Assembly: GCA_021613535.1 (NCBI GenBank)
Contig: CP075495.1
Coordinates: forward strand, 13,764,001-13,828,000
Source of the DNA: Adineta vaga
Taxonomy: Eukaryota; Animalia; Rotifera
Direction of reading: 5' to 3'
DNA length: 64,000 nucleotides
Shown: in pieces, positions 56,439 to 64,000 of the stretch
Layout: each line of letters opens with the position of its first letter
Numbering within the stretch: position 1 is the stretch's first letter
The notes under the pieces: model-generated
Told to the model about the DNA's origin: nothing
What the model saw: only the letters and a program-made list of their open reading frames with translations
Database searches by the model: none
Position numbers and translations under genes: made by a program

Positions 56439-58142
56439 TTTCTAAACATCATGATCATGATCATCAATATGTTCGCTTTCTCCACAGGGATTTATGTTCA
56501 TCATGCGGAAGATACTCATTGGTTCATTACGAGTCAAGACGTTTTGTTTTTAATTCGAACCAGAAGGGTACAATAATGTAAAAGATAAAATTACGATAAT
56601 TAAGTTTCGCGATAAATTAGAACGACATTGAGAAAAATTTTCCTCGTGTTTCTTATCTAATCACAATGGAGAGCAAAAGAAAAACGAAAGTTTTAATTGT
56701 TAATTAAATAGATTACTCAATTTGATTTATCTCTATAAATGATCATCTATCGTAAAACGAAATATTTCAGATATGAAATCGATGGAATTTTTAATGAAGA
56801 CCAATATAAACTTAACCATATACTTTTTTGATTTTCTCGAATAGATTCAATTCAATTGGTATATATATATATAAATACATACACGATGCAAGAATTTTTA
56901 TTATAATTGAAAATAAAACTTTGCAGATGTGCATTGGATAGGTTTTTTTCTATTGTTTTATCTATTTAATTTACCCAATAGCATATCCGTTCAATACGTT
57001 TGATCATTTCACTACGAATGATGATGATGTGTGGCATCATTCATAATGTATGCTAGTGGCGATAAGGTGTCGAGTGCGTTAATCGGCATGCTGTGCTTTT
57101 GATCCTGCTGGTATTGACCAGTTTGCTTACTTATCTTGTTCGTCTTCTTCATCGAAAAGTGATCAAGTTACATGCGCTATGCACAGTATGGAACTTTCGT
57201 CTTTTTTTTCTCTCAACACCTTGACTTCAGCTTAATATAGTCGATGATCAGTCGCTTATTTTCTCAGCTGTACTCCTGCTGGTCGATCAAACGCATCTTC
57301 TGTCTCTCTCACTCTGTTCGTCTTAAAAAACGGTCATTATCATCTAAAATGACACAAAGAAGAAAATAGAGCACTCGTATCATCATCATCCTCATCCTCA
57401 TTTCCCAAGGTGCAGATAGAAATGACCTTTCATCATCTAGACTACATCAAAATGTCAATTGTAACGAACAAGAACGACAAATAGAGAAAGATGAAAGACA
57501 GACTTTTATCTGTCGATCAAAACAAATAATTCAATCTTTATAGATGATTTTCATGCTGGTAAATGAATTACTAATACCAATCGACGATGATTTCTTTGTT
57601 GTTCAAATGAAATATTTTTCTTCAATTATTTTTCAATAAACCATATCTTGTCTTATTATGTTATTAAAAGAATGGAGGATCATTTATAGATACATGTATA
57701 ACTTTATTAAAGTAATTGATAAGATAGATGATTGTGTTCACAAAATTTGTTCGATGAATGAAACAAAAAGAAGAATGGAATATGAAAAGCAAGTCGAAGA
57801 ATCGATTAACTGAAATTTGTTAATCAGAAAAAACCACGACGACAAGTGAAAAAAACAGAAACATTGGAAGAGTTTGATAAGTAGATTCCATTCAATTTCC
57901 ATTCAGCTTCCTAAGTAGAAGAAGAAAAAAACACAAAAACAACTTAGAGAAAAATTTTTTTTTTGTGTAAATTAAGCAACGTTATTTTGAAATATGTAAA
58001 TAGCTTTCAAGTACACATGCAAAAGATATGACAAATATTTTGGATTCTTGAATATTTGTTAACAAAATTCACGATTAAATAGAATAGTTAAAGAGAAAAA
58101 AAATACCAGGAAGAAAAGCATAGCTTGTTATTTCGAGCTTAT

Positions 58143-59468
<1,326 letters not shown>

Positions 59469-60138
59469 AATTTCAAAAATATTTTATCAAATAAATGAGA
59501 TTATGTTCTTAATAGTCAATCGATCAATATCTAAAATGAAACGCAAATCATTTGTTTATATTTATTTATAAAAGACCTGTGATGTCACAAATGCACAATA
59601 CATCTCGATTCTATTTGTATTTTTCTGTCGAGTGATTCTTTCTTTTCGTTTCTTTCTCTTACATGTTAATCGATGGTAAAATGACGAATAAGATAAAAGG
59701 CGTAGCTACTGATGAATAACTACATTCGAAATCCTCCTTTTACTTCTTTCATGTCATATAGGCAAAGGTAAACAGAGAACGAATGTAATCGAAATAATAC
59801 GTTGTTTCTGCGATCATGACGTGAAATATCAAAATACTGTCACAGTTACTTCAATGTCTATGAAGAAAAAACCAATTCGAGAATGAAACATAATTGAGGT
59901 AAAAACGTTTCTTCTCAATAATTCGTCTGTTTTTTATACTTTCTTTCGAAGATGAAGAACAAGAAAAACTCATAAACTTCTCCTTTTTCTTTCGTTCTTT
60001 ATGTTAAGATTTACTGTAACATAGGTAAATATCAAATTTCATTTTTAACACAAATTTATGATTAAGAATCTTCCTATATTTATGTATTAAAAAAATATAT
60101 TCTATATACAAAAAAACTGAATGTTTTTTTTTCTTCTT

Positions 60139-62091
60139 CTATTTCGAATTCATTTGATGATTATTCATGGATGTTTTCATTTCTTGTTGTTGTTGGCAAT
60201 GTTGATTAGTTGAAGTCATTGAATATCCATTCGGATATCTTTGTCGAAATCTTCGAACAACATCTGGTTCACTTAAACGAACACCGTCTAATTGATTTCC
60301 TAATGTAATCCAATTTGGTTGTACATTATGTGGTCGTCCAAATAATTCAACTTTACGTGTTCGAGGTGATAGACGTTCGATCATACCATAGATTTCATCG
60401 GGTTTGCGAGATGTAGCACGTACTTCAGCAACGATAATATCACAATCCAAACCACGATTGATACCAGCTGTTGAACCTTTGACACCAACAAGACAATGTT
60501 CTTTACCATGATTAAGCCAATGACCCGTTCGACCAGTACGTATAATCCGTTGTAATTGATTAGTTTTCACCCAAATCACTTCATCACATCGTTGATAACC
60601 CCAAATACGTAAACATTCACGACCTAGATAAAATTTAATAATACAATACTAACTAAACACAATAAATTTCATTACCTAATTCCATAGCACGACCAGTAAC
60701 CTAGAAAAAAAAGTAAATAAAAGAATATTATTTTCTAAATAGTTTCTTTATTCTTATTAAATAATTTACCCATAGAAATAAATAACCTTCGTCTTGTAAT
60801 GAAGGTATATCTAGTTTTCTCATTTCTTCATCTGCCATCGTTCCATATGGTAATTCCATATGAATATCCCAAGGTGGATCAGCCATAATAACAGAAAATT
60901 TGCCAAGTACAGACATATCAAATTGACGTAAATCACATTGAACCCACTGTGGTGGTAACGAACCTGGACTAATTCGTTCAACAATCGGTAAATGACGATT
61001 GGGTTTATTAATACTATTCGATGGTGGAACAAAATTTGTTTTATCAATTTCATAATGAACATATTTACAAACATCCTAGATAAGGAAAATAAGAAATAAA
61101 ATGAAAATTCTTTTTCTTTTTCTCTTACTGTATGAAAACAAGTATTAAGAAATGAACAATCACCAAGTGAATCTTCTGTATGAGATTTAATTAAACGTCT
61201 AAAATGTATCTTTCCACATGTATTTGAATTTCGTCCATTTTTTCGATAATGATATGAAGAACGTTTCGTTGATTCATTGATGCTAGTGGAATTATCTCGT
61301 TTTCTTTTTCTTCTCAATGATGATTCATCATCCGTGAGTTTTTGTTCATTATCAGATGATGTTGATAATGAACGAGAATGTCGATGTGAATGTGGATTTA
61401 ATAATGGACATTCATCACGTGTTGTATATTGACAATATTCTTGTATGGCATCATCTGTTTGAAAACGGCGTGCAAGCATTTTTTCCATTGCTGTTTGTCG
61501 ATAAAGTAATCGATCCATTTCAACATTAAAACTTTCTCGTTCTGATTCACGTACAGTTAAATGTGAAAGTAATTGAACAAGTTGACGAGGTGTTCGATCA
61601 CGTGATGATGTGCCAAAACGTGTTGGAATATCCATCCATGATGGAAGAGAATATTTCGATGAATTCGAAGAAGATTTCGATACAATTGAATTTGATGGTA
61701 AATCAGTATAGTTAAGAGGTAGAACAGTTTTACCATCGATATCAAGTTTTATTTTAAGATGTTGTAATGATTTAATAATTTGTTCGTCTTCTTTGGATAA
61801 TATTTGACCAAGATTCGTAATTGAGATCGGTGCATGTTTGATAATATAATCGATGAGTAAACGTTCAAACTGTGAATCATCATGAGCATCTGATGATGAT
61901 GATGATGATGATTTTTGTTGTTCTTGTTCTACAGGATGAATATCATCTGCATTTGTTTGACATGCTATAACAGCTGATGTAATTAAATCAGAAATATTTC
62001 GTTGTTTATCGAGCCATTTTTGTTTAAATGTTGTATGACGTCTATTAAGATCGTCAATTTCATTCTGTAAAGACGATATTGACAAAGTCAT
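60139..62091 (-). CDS. METTL3: mRNA m6A methyltransferase catalytic subunit
   Basis: CCCH fingers ([11 protein letters not shown]...CGKIHF; [22 protein letters not shown]), [31 protein letters not shown]|VTGRAMEL and [30 protein letters not shown]. Confidence 0.97.
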
Positions 62092-62679
62092 GATATATTT
62101 TATGAGATTTGCATGATAAGAAACGATTGAATCAATAAATAACAACACTTATGATCATAAAGCGTTTATTAAAATTAAAAGAGATAGTTTCAACTTATTG
62201 AATGAAGCCATTATGATATGTAAAAAATTAAACTCTACGAATACATGATATTTTCATTGGATGAATGAACCGACGACCACTGCCCTCTGGTGTAATGTTC
62301 TTTGAGAAGAGACGAATGAGTATTTTGTCATTATATAAATATCGGATATTAGAACAATAAGAAAAGAGAAAAAGACTTACAATTCATCATAAAGTTAAGA
62401 CGTGTTTGTTGTCGTTACGTTCGATATTCGAATATATTGAAATAGTAAAAAATAATACATTTGATTGATGATATCAATGTATCTACAAATCACTATGTTG
62501 ATACTTCTAAGATACATATTCAAAACGATTGTTAAAATCTCCTATCACTGTTGATTATGCTATCAGTATGATTTCATCCGTTTTTGTTTTTCAATTATCA
62601 GACATATATTTTGAATCAACAGCTTTATTACATTGAAACTCTTACATTTTTATATCTTTTATCAGTTGAGAGAAAAAAA

Positions 62680-63207
62680 CTACATGTTCAGATTTTTCTT
62701 CGCTGTATATTGCACAATTGGTTTCGATCGTTTATGAAAGAGTAATTTTCGTTTAATAATACATTCAACTTGATAACTTGTACTATTTGTACTATTTGCT
62801 GGTTGTTTACGCATTACTAATAAAGGTTTTTCCAATTCAACCATTTTCCCATCAAGAACATGTTGTCCAATGACGCATACAGGCATATCCTAAACAAAAC
62901 CAATGTTTTTTCTTACTTTTAGTCGAGTTTCAATTATATTTACATTTTGTGTAAAAAATAAAAAGCCCAGACGTTCACCAGACAAAGTTTGTTTTTCCGC
63001 AGCATATTCCTAGATATGATGACAATACTCAATTCTTGATTGAAGAATAAAAATAGATAAGAAAGGAAGATGGACTTACTAAATTGCCTTGTAATTCCAC
63101 TAGAATTAATTCGGATGAATTTTCTCCTCTTTTAATCGAAAAAATCAACTTGTCAACGAATGAAAAACAATTGAATTTACTCACTGTTCGATTAATATTT
63201 GCACCAT
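62680..63207 (-). CDS. CHTF8: Chromosome transmission fidelity protein 8 homolog
   Basis: Spliced MVQILI...LILVELQGNL...LGFLFFTQN|DMPVCVIGQHVLDGKMVELEKPLLVMRK...IIKRKLLFHKRSKPIV matches the Ctf8 pattern. Confidence 0.88.
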
Positions 63208-63422
63208 ATCTAAAAATTGATTATTCAAATTTCTTCTTAGACAAAACAAAATTATAGTTTTATTTTATTCCGGAAAAGGGGATATTTACACATTCAAATT
63301 ATTTGTGTTGAGAACAGAACAGCACAAACAGAAAATATACAGACACACACACACGTACATGAAAATTAGAGACAAACATCTGATTATTGCCATATATTTA
63401 TATAGAAAATGAACGATAAAAT

Positions 63423-64000
63423 TCATGTTTTTCGACGTTTACTTGAACGTAATGATGAATTATCAAGAGACGATCGTTTTCGATTGTCAAGTTTGATTGT
63501 AACAAGAGATGATTTTGTTGTATTCATTTTTCCAAGTTCATTATATAAACTAGGATCAGGTCTCATACGAATTGTCAATTTAGGTATAATTCTTCGTTGA
63601 GAGTTTTCATTTTGATTTTCATTCTTATTCATAATATTATCAGTATTTTCACTATCAGTTCTTGATGATAATGAACTGAAAGAAGATGTACTCGAATGAC
63701 GAAGTGAACGAATAGTTGGTCGCCAGATAAGAAAATTTGGATTATTAGAATGAATAGTTGTTGTTAATGAAGCTGATGAAGATGAATATTGTGAAATAGT
63801 TCGTTGGCGGCCACTAGCATATGTTCGGGAAGATGATGATGATGATGATGATGATGATGTAGATAAAGCAGGTGAAAGCAAACGAGATGAACGAGAAGGA
63901 TGTGTAGTTGTCTAATCGGAAGAATCAAAGTTATATGATACAAGATGAATTTTGACTTTACCTGTGAATGAGTCATATGTGATGTTGCTCTTGTTGTTTG
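63423..64000 (-). CDS. 3' end of a Ser-rich, basic, probably nuclear protein (runs off the window)
   Basis: Open frame 63423-63911 joined by a GT-AG intron (63912-63961) to an upstream exon; contains poly-Ser, IIPKLTIRMR and the basic tail KRRKT. Confidence 0.6.

Overview
AT-rich, gene-dense eukaryotic (metazoan) DNA with many short GT-AG introns of about 50-70 nt. This style and the gene content suggest a bdelloid rotifer, but that is inference. About 19 protein genes can be reconstructed: POU6, an EGF/trypsin type II membrane protease, a synaptotagmin-like tandem-C2 protein, IGHMBP2, ANGEL, an ARM-TIR-SAM-like protein, an intronless alpha/beta hydrolase, CSN1/GPS1, CMTR1, FRG1, FARSA, an FBXL4-N-like+BTB protein, a BAF-like-domain protein, an orphan hydrophobic protein, ESRP/fusilli, FoxC, PDCD6, METTL3 and CTF8, plus one partial gene at the right edge. 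A 523-bp foldback MITE sits in a PDCD6 intron. The main unexplained structure is a set of co-oriented housekeeping genes only 41-247 nt apart, each with a 3' splice acceptor right before the downstream ATG and usually an AATAAA just upstream. This is the layout expected of spliced-leader-resolved operons, and one such cluster is headed by a probable horizontally acquired hydrolase. Also notable: a G-run-flanked candidate poison exon in ESRP, a cryptic divergent BAF fold, and an FBXL4-type domain fused to BTB. Gene spans include introns and were assembled by eye; no database searches were run.
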